From Ruminococcus sp. (GTDB lineage: Bacteria; Bacillota; Clostridia; Oscillospirales; Acutalibacteraceae): a stretch of DNA of 64,000 bases. The notes under the pieces were generated by a model that did not search any database, was not told where the DNA came from, and saw only the letters and a program-made list of their open reading frames with translations. Shown one piece after another: positions 31,074-40,095 of this stretch (positions are counted from its first letter, which is position 1; the number at the start of each line of letters is the position of its first letter). Position numbers and translations under genes: made by a program. The stretch covers positions 52,790-116,789 of the forward strand of contig JAFRGI010000026.1 in NCBI GenBank assembly GCA_017433905.1, written 5' to 3'.

Positions 31074-31139
31074 TCAACATCGCCGCATTCGCCCGAACCT
31101 ATAGTTCAAACGAAGCAGGCGTGGAAAATGCAAGTTCAT
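31074..31139 (-). CDS. Candidate 21-aa leader peptide MNLHFPRLLRLNYRFGRMRRC
   Basis: ATG with AAGAGGTG RBS, between the promoter and the first permease gene; below the ORF-track length cutoff. Confidence 0.5.
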   Translation of the reverse strand: MNLHFPRLLRLNYRFGRMRRC

Positions 31140-31159
31140 TTTACAACACCTCTTTTATT

Positions 31160-31257
31160 CCTACTAAGTTAGTAGGCTTGTTGGGTATTATTATATTCTC
31201 ACTTTCCCCTTTTGTCTAATCTTCAAAAGCTATTGACGGCAATAGGTTTTGCCTATA
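31160..31257 (-). promoter_or_regulatory. Promoter of the amino-acid ABC operon with an upstream MET-box-like site and a downstream CymR/Rrf2-like palindrome
   Basis: TAGACA(31213-31218)-17-TATAAT(31190-31195); AATAGGTTTTGCCTATA at 31241-31257; CCTACTAAGTTAGTAGG at 31160-31176. Confidence 0.7.
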
Positions 31258-31294
31258 AGTAAAACATCAACAAAAAACCGGCGGTTATTGAAAA

Positions 31295-32227
31295 TTAACC
31301 GTCGGTTTTTTCTGTATTGAGGGTGTTTTTCAACTCCTCAATATACATTCTGCCCACCTTGCTGAGCAAAAGATTTTTCTTTGTGATATATCCAACCTTC
31401 ATCGTTTCACCGGGATGATTGTCATCGGGCGCGAAGGGCACAGCGGTAAAATCCGAGCCGTTCAACTCCTCGCAAATGATACCCGAACAAAGGGTGTATC
31501 CGTTTAAGCCCACCATCAAATTAAGCATAGTCGCCCTGTCTGTTGCCCTAATCATACGTGGGTATGGATAGGACGCCAGAATTTCCTCGGCAAAGTACAT
31601 TGAACCGTTGCCGCCCTGTTCAAACGACAGGCAGGGATAGTCCTTCAACTCGTCAAAGGAAATACGCTCTTTATTTGCCAGCGGATGTCCCTTCCACAAA
31701 TACACATATGCCTCGCAGCTTATAAGCTCGTGAAATTCCAAGTGATTTTGCCTGAGCAGCTTGCCGATAACAGGCATATTAAAGCTGCTGAGGTAAAGTA
31801 TCCCGATTTCACTGTTCATATTGATTACATCGTCAATAACCTTCTGCGTTTGCTCCTCGCGTATGGCAAACTCAAATTCCGAGGTATCGAGCTTTTTTAC
31901 CAGCTCGACAAAGCTTTTTACCGCAAAGGTGTAATGCTGTGTTGACACGGAAAACATCTTTTTTCGGTTACCGTTTTCTCCGTAGCGTTCCAACACATTT
32001 TCAAACTGACCGTAGAGCTCACGGGCGTAGGCAAGAAATTCAACACCCTCGTTCGTAAGAGTAACGCCCTTGCCGCTGCGGTAAAAAATGGTGATACCAA
32101 GCTCTTTTTCAAGCTCCTTTATGGATTCCGTCAGCGACGGCTGAGAGATATACAGCACCTCGCTCGCTTTGTTAAATGAGCTCTGATTAGCAATGGTTAT
32201 TGTATATTTTAGTTGTTGTATTGTCAT
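31295..32227 (-). CDS. LysR-family regulator, MtaR/CpsY/MetR-like
   Basis: MTIQQLKY, ISQPSL HTH; FSVSTQHYTFAV, SEIGILYL, DRATMLNLMVGLNGYT. Confidence 0.9.
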   Translation of the reverse strand: MTIQQLKYTITIANQSSFNKASEVLYISQPSLTESIKELEKELGITIFYRSGKGVTLTNEGVEFLAYARELYGQFENVLERYGENGNRKKMFSVSTQHYTFAVKSFVELVKKLDTSEFEFAIREEQTQKVIDDVINMNSEIGILYLSSFNMPVIGKLLRQNHLEFHELISCEAYVYLWKGHPLANKERISFDELKDYPCLSFEQGGNGSMYFAEEILASYPYPRMIRATDRATMLNLMVGLNGYTLCSGIICEELNGSDFTAVPFAPDDNHPGETMKVGYITKKNLLLSKVGRMYIEELKNTLNTEKTDG

Positions 32228-32231
32228 TACG

Positions 32232-33165
32232 TTATTGTTTCTCACCCCTGTCAAAATCAATTAAATCCTTTATCACTTCGCCCGCAATAATCAAACCGGC
32301 AGCAGAAGGCACAAAAGCGGTTGAACCCGGAATATCCCTTCGCTGTGTACATTTACGCGCGGTACCGGGAGGGCAGATACAATGCTTTCGGCAACTAATG
32401 GACATATCTTCAAGCGGTCTGATTGGCTTTTCCTTTGAATAAACAACCTTTAAGCTTTTTATACCGCGCTTGCGGCACTCGTAACGCATTACCCTTGCAA
32501 GCGGACATACAGAGGTTTCGTAAATATCCGCAACCTCAAACGCGGCCGCGTTTACTTTGTTTCCCGCGCCCATTGAGCTGATTATCGGTGTTCCTGCTGC
32601 TTTTGCGTTCATCACAAGCTCCAGCTTACCCTTGACGGTATCGATTGCGTCAACAATATAATCGTATTCGGTAAAATCAAACATATGCTTTGTTTCGGGC
32701 ATATAATACTACTCTCTAATAAAATCCTTTAACATCTGCCGTGTAAAATTTCGCAGAACTGCGTTGTCGTCCTCGGAATCCGTCAGGATTCCTGCGTCCT
32801 CCGCCTTGTTCTGCAAAATTTTCCATCGACATCTGTTTAAAAGTATTTTATCAGAGACTAGTATAAAAGGTTTTGTGAGTAATCACTTTACAATCGGGAT
32901 TAATGGAGTGAATCCTCTTTTCGGCAACATCAACCTTGTATTAACCAACGGTATCACGCGTTGCAAGAAGCTGACGATTAAGGTTTGTCAAACAAATCCT
33001 GTCATCATCAATTAAATCTATCGCGCCAACTCCCGAACGCGCAAGCGCTTCTATCGTATAGCCTCCTACACCTCCAACACCGAATATAGCAACACGGGAT
33101 TGCGAAAGCTTTTCCATAGCTTCTATTCCAAATATTAACTGTGTTCTTGAAAACTGATTAAGCAT
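32232..33165 (-). pseudogene. tcdA: ThiF/TcdA-like (tRNA threonylcarbamoyladenosine dehydratase) pseudogene
   Basis: FGVGGVGG, TNLNRQ, VDAID, SSMGAGNK, CPLARVMR; in-frame TAA at 32941-32943 and a 160-bp insertion at 32706-32865. Confidence 0.88.
32706..32865. mobile_element. 160-bp MITE-like palindromic insertion
   Basis: ~55-bp imperfect terminal IR and central GGAATCC-GTCA-GGATTCC hairpin; removing it restores HKTF-Y-MPETK. Confidence 0.88.
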
Positions 33166-33231
33166 ACATAACCTCATACGTAAATATAGACGACATTAAA
33201 ATGCCGCCGGTTCAAAGTATAGTCTATTTAA

Positions 33232-33280
33232 CCTATCTATATAGTAGGCTAATTATATAATATCATTTCTGAATTGTCAA
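33232..33280 (-). promoter_or_regulatory. Consensus sigma-A promoter for tcdA-lysR with a downstream CymR/Rrf2-like palindrome
   Basis: TTGACA(33275-33280)-17-TATAAT(33252-33257); CCTATCTATATAGTAGG at 33232-33248. Confidence 0.72.
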
Positions 33281-33462
33281 GTGGCATAACTGTTTTATCT
33301 TTATATATAACAGCAATCATAAAAACAGCGAACCATTATGATGTTCATAACAGTTCGCTGTTCAGTTTGTTTAGGCTCCCAATCGGCTGTTTCTCTTGTG
33401 GTTTCAAATCATCCTTATGAGAATGAGCCTTTGGCTCACTTTTTCTTTTTAAACGGATCATA

Positions 33463-35496
33463 TCATTTGATTTTCAACAACCGTGCCGTATAGAGCACGC
33501 AAAGGACACAAACACCGGTGTCGGCAACCACAGACATCCATATGGCGGCAAAACCGAAACATGCAAGAAGGATAACCGCAGCCTTGACCGCAAGAGCAAA
33601 GATGATATTGGTTCGAATGGTCCGTATCGTTCGGCGTGCAGTTGCGACTGCCTTGGGCAGCGCATGGAGCGTGCCGCCGGAGAGCACGGCATCCGCCGCC
33701 TCAATCGCCGCCTCGCTTCCAAGCCCCATCGCAACGCCGCAGTCGCTTGCTGTCAACACAGGCGCATCATTAATACCGTCTCCTACAAAACAAACGCCGC
33801 TCCCGAGAGACTTCACGGCATAGAGTTTATCCGCAGGCAGTAAACTCGAACGGTAACTGTCTATACCCACTTCCTCTGCAACTGTCACTGCTGCGCACTG
33901 GCTGTCCCCTGTAAACATAACCGTTTGGTGTGCACCGAGCTCTTTTAGCTGTTCAATCACCTCTTTGCCCTCTCTGCGAACGGTATCGGTAACCTGAACC
34001 GCACCGATCAGCGCACCGTCCAGCGTCAAAAAAACGTTATATTCCCGTAACTGCTCAGGTATATCTTCATGCAGTTTGCCGCAGAACAGTTTTTTTCCGT
34101 TCCATACCCCCGATGTTCCCTGTCCTGCTATTTCTCTGTAATCCGTGAGTACGATATCGGACACATTTGTCCCGCAACATATCGCACGCGCAATCGGGTG
34201 TGAGGAATAAGCTTCCGTCGCTGCAGCAAAGCGCAGAATATCCGATTCAGTGTAATCAGAAACCGATACGATTTTTTTAACGCACAGATTCCCTGTCGTC
34301 AGAGTTCCCGTTTTATCGAATACAAAATTCCTTGACGCAGCAAGAGCTTCCAAATATCTGCCGCCTTTGATCAGCATACCCTGCCGCGATGCCGCGCCGA
34401 TACCCGAAAAGTAAGCGAGCGGCACGGAAATGACAATCGCACACGGACAAGACGCCACCAAAACCACCAGAGCATTGTATGACCACTGACCTAAGGTACC
34501 CCAACCCATCGAGGGCGGTAAAACAGCCATCAAAACCGCCAATCCGACTACAATCGGTGTGTACACAGAGGCAAAGCGGGTGATCAGCTTTTCGCTTTTT
34601 CCCTTTTGCGCAGCAGCGTCCTCTATCATTTGAAGAATCCGCGTTGCTGTACTTTCGCCAAACGCTTTGGTCGTACGTACTTTCAACATACTATCTCCGT
34701 TAATTGCGCCGCTGACCACCTCATCGTTTTCCGCAACCAAAACCGGCACACTTTCTCCTGTCAGCGCTGCATTATCAACAGCGGAACTTCCCTCCACAAC
34801 CACACCGTCTATCGGAATCCGTGCGTGGGGCTTAACTATGATGATTTCTCCAACAGCGACACTATCTGCCGCAACTTCCTCCTCATGACCGTTGTGCAGC
34901 ACCACAGCGGTATCGGGACAGATTTGGCTAAGCTTTTCGATATCGCGTCGTGACGCATCGACAGCAGCATCCTCAATCCACTCACCGATAGTAAAGAGAA
35001 TCGTCACCATCGCTCCTTCCATGTATTCGCCGAGACAAAAAGCGGCAATAATTGCCACAGACATTAATACCGTTTCTTCAAAACGAAGCTTTATCAGGTT
35101 TTTGAAGGCTTTGACAAAAACTTTCCAACCTGCAAGCACCGTCGCCAAAAGGCTGAATGCAAACACTATAATATTGACCGACTCAAAAGGAAGCGTCCAA
35201 TGAATAACCAATGCAGCCGCGCCGCACACAATCGCAATAATGAGCAGCCAGTGCTCTGTTCGAAACCCTTTCTTTTCCTGTGTGTCGTTATCGGTAACCG
35301 TCACGCCTTCCTCCGTATCGTCACAGATTTGTTGAATTTCGGCAAGCGGTCTTTTTTTTGAGGTCTCAAACCGCAGCGTTTTGGTTGCAAAATTGAAACT
35401 GACGTTTTCATAACCTTCCGTCACTGCAATTTTCTGTTCAATCTTACCGGCACAATGGGCGCAGTTGAGATTTTCCAATGTAAACGTGTATTTCAT
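33463..35496 (-). CDS. cadA: Heavy-metal translocating P1B-type ATPase (Cd/Zn/Co; CadA/ZntA-like)
   Basis: N-terminal CAHC HMA domain, LTGES, SCPC, DKTGT, HP, VGDGINDAP. Confidence 0.9.
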   Translation of the reverse strand: MKYTFTLENLNCAHCAGKIEQKIAVTEGYENVSFNFATKTLRFETSKKRPLAEIQQICDDTEEGVTVTDNDTQEKKGFRTEHWLLIIAIVCGAAALVIHWTLPFESVNIIVFAFSLLATVLAGWKVFVKAFKNLIKLRFEETVLMSVAIIAAFCLGEYMEGAMVTILFTIGEWIEDAAVDASRRDIEKLSQICPDTAVVLHNGHEEEVAADSVAVGEIIIVKPHARIPIDGVVVEGSSAVDNAALTGESVPVLVAENDEVVSGAINGDSMLKVRTTKAFGESTATRILQMIEDAAAQKGKSEKLITRFASVYTPIVVGLAVLMAVLPPSMGWGTLGQWSYNALVVLVASCPCAIVISVPLAYFSGIGAASRQGMLIKGGRYLEALAASRNFVFDKTGTLTTGNLCVKKIVSVSDYTESDILRFAAATEAYSSHPIARAICCGTNVSDIVLTDYREIAGQGTSGVWNGKKLFCGKLHEDIPEQLREYNVFLTLDGALIGAVQVTDTVRREGKEVIEQLKELGAHQTVMFTGDSQCAAVTVAEEVGIDSYRSSLLPADKLYAVKSLGSGVCFVGDGINDAPVLTASDCGVAMGLGSEAAIEAADAVLSGGTLHALPKAVATARRTIRTIRTNIIFALAVKAAVILLACFGFAAIWMSVVADTGVCVLCVLYTARLLKIK

Positions 35497-35501
35497 GACC
35501 C

Positions 35502-35801
35502 TCACTCCATCAGATGCTCGATACCCATTTTGATGATTTTATTAACATGGTCGTCGTCTAGCGAATAATAAATCTGCTTTCCGTTCCGACGCGCGCGGAC
35601 AAGCTTATTATTGCGCAAAACACGCAGCTGGTGTGAAACGGTACTCTGCTCCATATTCAATACATCGGCAATACAGAGCACACTCATCTCTCCATCGGCC
35701 AATGCATACAGGATTCGCAGCCGAGTGGAATCGCCGAACACCTTGAACAAATCTGCTAACTCAAACAACAAATCTAAATCAGGCTTTTCATTCCGATCCA
35801 T
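35502..35801 (-). CDS. ArsR/SmtB family metalloregulator
   Basis: LFKVFGDSTRLRIL, QSTVSHQLRVL, YSLDDDHV alpha5 site. Confidence 0.93.
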   Translation of the reverse strand: MDRNEKPDLDLLFELADLFKVFGDSTRLRILYALADGEMSVLCIADVLNMEQSTVSHQLRVLRNNKLVRARRNGKQIYYSLDDDHVNKIIKMGIEHLME

Positions 35802-35820
35802 AATATCACCTCAAGCTTTG

Positions 35821-35881
35821 TTCATATGATTATATGTTCATTTGTTTGTTTTATTATAGCACATGTATCAGGCTTTGTCAA
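35821..35881 (-). promoter_or_regulatory. Promoter and SmtB/CzrA-type operator of the arsR-cadA operon
   Basis: TTGACA(35876-35881)-17-TATAAT(35853-35858); imperfect IR CATATGATTATATGTTCATTTG at 35823-35844. Confidence 0.75.
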
Positions 35882-36021
35882 GCTTTATCTGCGGATTTCA
35901 ATAAGCGCATCCAGAAAAGCTTCTGATTTGTCACGAACACGGCTTCGTTTTTTTGTGTGGACAAGCGGAGCGGCATTTGTTATAATAATGATAATCGATA
36001 TTTGTTTCGAAAGGTAAAATA

Positions 36022-36864
36022 ATGGATAAATTTATCAATAACCGAAAAATAACGGCATTATGGACTTGTGCTGTTTACGGAATCATCTGCTGTACAGCAG
36101 CAGGCTGCACGCGGTCGGGGAACAAGACTTCGCCTTCTGCAGCCCCTGCCACTGCATCCGACACGACGGATTCTCAGCCTTCAACCGCGCCGATGGATAC
36201 ATCCGCTACGTCTGACGAGGCAACGACGAACGGCAGTTTGATTGATATAGACGTCATAATCCAGGACGAACTGGAGTCGGGATGCGAGATATATGCAGCA
36301 GTGATGCTGCTTCATCATTACAACTACAACGTGGACGAGTTCACCCTCACGCAGGATTATTTACCCGTCAGTCCGACTTATTTCGGCTACGACGGAAATT
36401 ACTACGGACCCGATATGAATTCCGCTTTCGCAGGTGAACCGGTGTTAGGCTACGGCGCCTACGCGCCCGTTTTGGAACGGACGATCAATGATTATCTTGC
36501 AGACCAGGAGACAACGTATTCCGCCGTGGTGGAAAAAGGCATCACGCTGGATAATCTTTGTAATAAATACATCGACGCAGAGGATCCCGTGATGGTCTGG
36601 ATCACCACTGATATGGAACTGCCCGAGGATTATGTGACATGGACGGTGGACTTCGCGGACGAAAACGCCGTCACGGAACCGGGAGATGATTTCTCTTGGC
36701 CGATCAACCAGCATTGTGTGTTGCTGACTGGATTTGACAGCGAAAACTTTTATTTTGCAGATTCGCTTGAAGGAACTATTACCTGCTATGACCGCGAACA
36801 GTGTGAAAAAGTTTTTGAGGCAATCGGTTCACAGGCGGTTGCGCTGCAGCACCAAGAAAACTGA
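36022..36864 (+). CDS. C39-like peptidase domain lipoprotein
   Basis: Lipobox AAGC, Ser/Thr/Ala-rich linker, QDELESGCE (Q...C), HCVLLTGFD, FADSL. Confidence 0.8.
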   Translation: MDKFINNRKITALWTCAVYGIICCTAAGCTRSGNKTSPSAAPATASDTTDSQPSTAPMDTSATSDEATTNGSLIDIDVIIQDELESGCEIYAAVMLLHHYNYNVDEFTLTQDYLPVSPTYFGYDGNYYGPDMNSAFAGEPVLGYGAYAPVLERTINDYLADQETTYSAVVEKGITLDNLCNKYIDAEDPVMVWITTDMELPEDYVTWTVDFADENAVTEPGDDFSWPINQHCVLLTGFDSENFYFADSLEGTITCYDREQCEKVFEAIGSQAVALQHQEN

Positions 36865-36881
36865 ACAGGAGAGAAAACGAC

Positions 36882-39341
36882 ATGGCTTTTTTCGGAAAAT
36901 TGTATCTGGATAAAGAAAAGGATATCATCATTGAGTTGGATATGACCGAAGAATGTCTGCGCTATACTTTACGCACGCCCAACCACGCAAAAGGTAACTT
37001 AATCACCAATCTCGCACTACTCTGTGGTTTGCCGCTGAGCACGGGAGACGACGGTTTGAAGGTGATCCGCAACGAGGTGCCTTGCTATGTGGACGAGCGT
37101 AACCGCGAGGTGTACGTCCTGCGTCTGGCAGATACCAAAGTCGCGAATATCTATCCGAACGGCGCCATCGAACGCAAAGCGTATATTCCCGCTATTTCCA
37201 AAACGCTAATGAGCCAGACGAAAGACTACCGCTTGGATGTTCAAAAAACGCTTGTCAAAACTTATATACGACGCGAATATAAGTTCTGCACAGACCTGCA
37301 CACGCATATGAGCGCAAATCTCGACGCGGATCTGCTGATTGCTCTCGGGGTCTATCATCAAATCCGGTATCCGCTGTATTACATCAAAAAACTGCAGCTC
37401 CGCTGCACGGAAGAACAGAACCGCTTACTCACTAAACGACGAAAGGAAGCGGAAAAACGATTCGCAGACTCTCCGCTCAGCGGCAAGTATCTTGCGCGGA
37501 AAATAGATGACAATACTTTTATCAACTTCGCCGATTTTATTCTCAATAATTTGGGAAACGCAGCTTATAATATTCCCAAGATCCGCGCTTCGCTGACCAT
37601 TCTCAAGGACGGTCAGGCGGTGTTTACCAATTTGGAAAAGGTCTATTTGTACCGTTATGTGTTTACCAAAGGAATTCCCTTTGAAGAGCATATTTCACTG
37701 ATCAATTACGGCAGTATTCCCGATCAGGATATCGTGGAGGCTATCGGACAGATGATACGCGACGGCGCCGATCCCCGATACAAAGATTTGTCGTTGTACC
37801 AAAACAAGCTGCTTTGGATTGCGCGCAGCAGCAAAAAGCGCGGCGTGACTTATCTGGAGATTTCCGACACTGCTCTTGTAAAGCCCGCGAGCGCAGCGCA
37901 GACGCTGGCGCAGGCGCACACCGTACTGCCGCACATTACGCGTGAAACGGGTGTAACCATCCGTTTTTTGGCAGCACTGCGACGCATTCCGCTAACGATT
38001 ATTCGCGACAAAGCAGCTCCACAGGAGGATACGCAGCGCCAGCTGCGTGTGATTCGTGCCATTGCCGACGATCCTTATGTCGCAGGCAGCGATATTGTCG
38101 GCGAAGAGATCAACGATATACGCGAGCTGCGCGATGTCATCGGAGAACTGGTGAGCATTGCCGCGGAGCATAAGGGCTTTGTCATTCGGATCCACGCCGG
38201 CGAAAATGACGGTCTGCGCGATAACGTTGCCAATTCCCTTGCCTGCGTGCGCGAAGCATTGGCGGAGGGACAGCCAATACCTCGTTTGCGAATCGGTCAC
38301 GGACTGTATACCGCCAATCTGCGTTCGCCGCGCGGCCGACAACTCATGCGTGAGCTCCGCGATAGCGGGGCGGTGCTGGAATTTCAGCTTACCTCCAACG
38401 TACGTCTGAATAATCTCAGCGCGCTCGGCAATCATCCGCTGCGGCAGTATCTGCACGGCGGCGTCCGGTGCGTGCAGGGAACAGATGGCGGCGCTTTGTA
38501 CGGTACGGATTCCATCGACGAACAGCTCGCTCTCGAGCGTCTGCTCGATCTTTCCCGCGAAGATATGCTTGCCATGAAACGTGCCGAGAACGAAGTACTG
38601 GCACAGAGCATGCTCGATTTTGAGGAAAAATCCAGCATGTTCGACGCACAGATAAACGGCGATATAGAGACATTTCTGAATGAACGTATCGCACAGATCG
38701 TGCCGGTAAAAACGCCGATTGTGATTGCGCCGCAAAAGCTGGACAGTACAGAATGCCTTCGGGAGCAAATTCGGGAGCTTCCTGCCGATAAAGTACCGAT
38801 CGTGCTGCTCGGCGGCAGCTTCAACAGCAACCGGCACGACACGCGCGTCAAAGAACCTTTGCGCATTCTTCTTCGCGAACTGATCAACCGACTCGATCCC
38901 AAACAGGTCTGCTTTGTGATCGGGAACCGGCTAACGGGCTATGAGCGCGAATTGCTGCATTTCGCAGACGGCAGGTTCGAGATTTTTGCCATCGTTCCCA
39001 CGCGCATCTCGGCAGCGGAGGCGCGCCGTTTGCAAAAGAGCGGCGTCGGCGTACGCGTATCCATTGAGCCGGCGCGGATGGCGTTGTATAAAAGCTTTGC
39101 CTATGAAATTTTTAAACGCCGTCCATCGGTGGTGATCGCTCTCGACGGCAATTCCGCCGGTGCAAATACCGTTCAGGAAGCACATAACGGAAAAAAAGAA
39201 TCGCGGATTTTTGTTAACCGCCGCGCACCTATGCTCTGCGCAAAAGCGCTCGCTATTCAGGGCTATGTTACCTTTGTCGAGGACGTCCGCTCCGTAAACG
39301 TGATTTTGCGAGATGTTCAGCGTATGTACCAAAGCATGTAA
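36882..39341 (+). CDS. Adenosine/AMP deaminase-family protein with a C-terminal SLOG-like domain
   Basis: DLHTH (H140/H142), IHAGE (H438/E441), RIGHG (H473), EFQLTSN, GTDG (D535); C-terminal PIVLLGGS...VIALDGNSAGANTVQEA. Confidence 0.8.
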   Translation: MAFFGKLYLDKEKDIIIELDMTEECLRYTLRTPNHAKGNLITNLALLCGLPLSTGDDGLKVIRNEVPCYVDERNREVYVLRLADTKVANIYPNGAIERKAYIPAISKTLMSQTKDYRLDVQKTLVKTYIRREYKFCTDLHTHMSANLDADLLIALGVYHQIRYPLYYIKKLQLRCTEEQNRLLTKRRKEAEKRFADSPLSGKYLARKIDDNTFINFADFILNNLGNAAYNIPKIRASLTILKDGQAVFTNLEKVYLYRYVFTKGIPFEEHISLINYGSIPDQDIVEAIGQMIRDGADPRYKDLSLYQNKLLWIARSSKKRGVTYLEISDTALVKPASAAQTLAQAHTVLPHITRETGVTIRFLAALRRIPLTIIRDKAAPQEDTQRQLRVIRAIADDPYVAGSDIVGEEINDIRELRDVIGELVSIAAEHKGFVIRIHAGENDGLRDNVANSLACVREALAEGQPIPRLRIGHGLYTANLRSPRGRQLMRELRDSGAVLEFQLTSNVRLNNLSALGNHPLRQYLHGGVRCVQGTDGGALYGTDSIDEQLALERLLDLSREDMLAMKRAENEVLAQSMLDFEEKSSMFDAQINGDIETFLNERIAQIVPVKTPIVIAPQKLDSTECLREQIRELPADKVPIVLLGGSFNSNRHDTRVKEPLRILLRELINRLDPKQVCFVIGNRLTGYERELLHFADGRFEIFAIVPTRISAAEARRLQKSGVGVRVSIEPARMALYKSFAYEIFKRRPSVVIALDGNSAGANTVQEAHNGKKESRIFVNRRAPMLCAKALAIQGYVTFVEDVRSVNVILRDVQRMYQSM

Positions 39342-39466
39342 ATTAGGAAACACATATGCATCGCTAACGATGTATTCTGCGTATCGAAGATATATGCGGA
39401 GAGGGTGGAAGATGATCGTTCCATCCTTCCCAAACAAAACCGAATCTAACAGAGGAGAGTGATTTT

Positions 39467-40006
39467 GTGAAAAACAAATTATACGAACGGGCAAGACTGG
39501 CAACGCGCGAGCTTTGCGAAACAGCACAACTGAAAAAAGGCAATGTGATGATTGTCGGCTGTTCTTCAAGCGAAATCGGCGGCGGCGTTATCGGACATAA
39601 TTCGAGCGTAGAAATCGCCGAGGAGGTATTCGGCGGCATTTACGACGAGCTTCGAGAGCGCGGCATTTATCTTGCGGCGCAGTGCTGTGAGCATCTCAAC
39701 CGTGCGATTGTTACCGAACGCGCAGCGGTTCCGTATGCCAATGAGGTCTGCGTAATGCCGCAGCCAAAAGCCGGCGGTTCATTTGCAACAACGGCATACC
39801 GCACCTTTAAGGATCCCGTGGTACTGGAGGAGATCCGGGCGGATGCCGGGCTGGATATCGGCGGTACGCTGATCGGTATGCACCTAAAAAAAGTTGCCGT
39901 ACCCGTCAGACTAAGCATTGACCACATTGGTGAAGCGATTCTCCTTGCAGCGCGTACCAGACCGAAATATATCGGCGGCAGCCGAGCGGTTTATCCCGGT
40001 GAATAA
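39467..40006 (+). CDS. TIGR01440/UPF0340 (YwlG-like) protein
   Basis: VGCSSSE, QCCEHLNRA, KAGGS, GTLIGMH, RPKYIGG. Confidence 0.9.
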   Translation: MKNKLYERARLATRELCETAQLKKGNVMIVGCSSSEIGGGVIGHNSSVEIAEEVFGGIYDELRERGIYLAAQCCEHLNRAIVTERAAVPYANEVCVMPQPKAGGSFATTAYRTFKDPVVLEEIRADAGLDIGGTLIGMHLKKVAVPVRLSIDHIGEAILLAARTRPKYIGGSRAVYPGE

Positions 40007-40095
40007 GAATAACAAAAAGACGGCGATTCTCTGGCAATCGCTGTCTGTATACCATGGCTTGTTTCATAAATGATAAAACGCTTAAAAAGAGAGGA

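Noticed and set aside
32941-32943. Programmed stop-codon readthrough in tcdA
   Set aside because: TAA is not a Sec/Pyl codon, and the gene has a second independent disruption.
36882-39341. RADAR (rdrAB) or Cad1 assignment
   Set aside because: No adjacent AAA+ RdrA, no CARF domain and no CRISPR locus; only the deaminase fold is shared.
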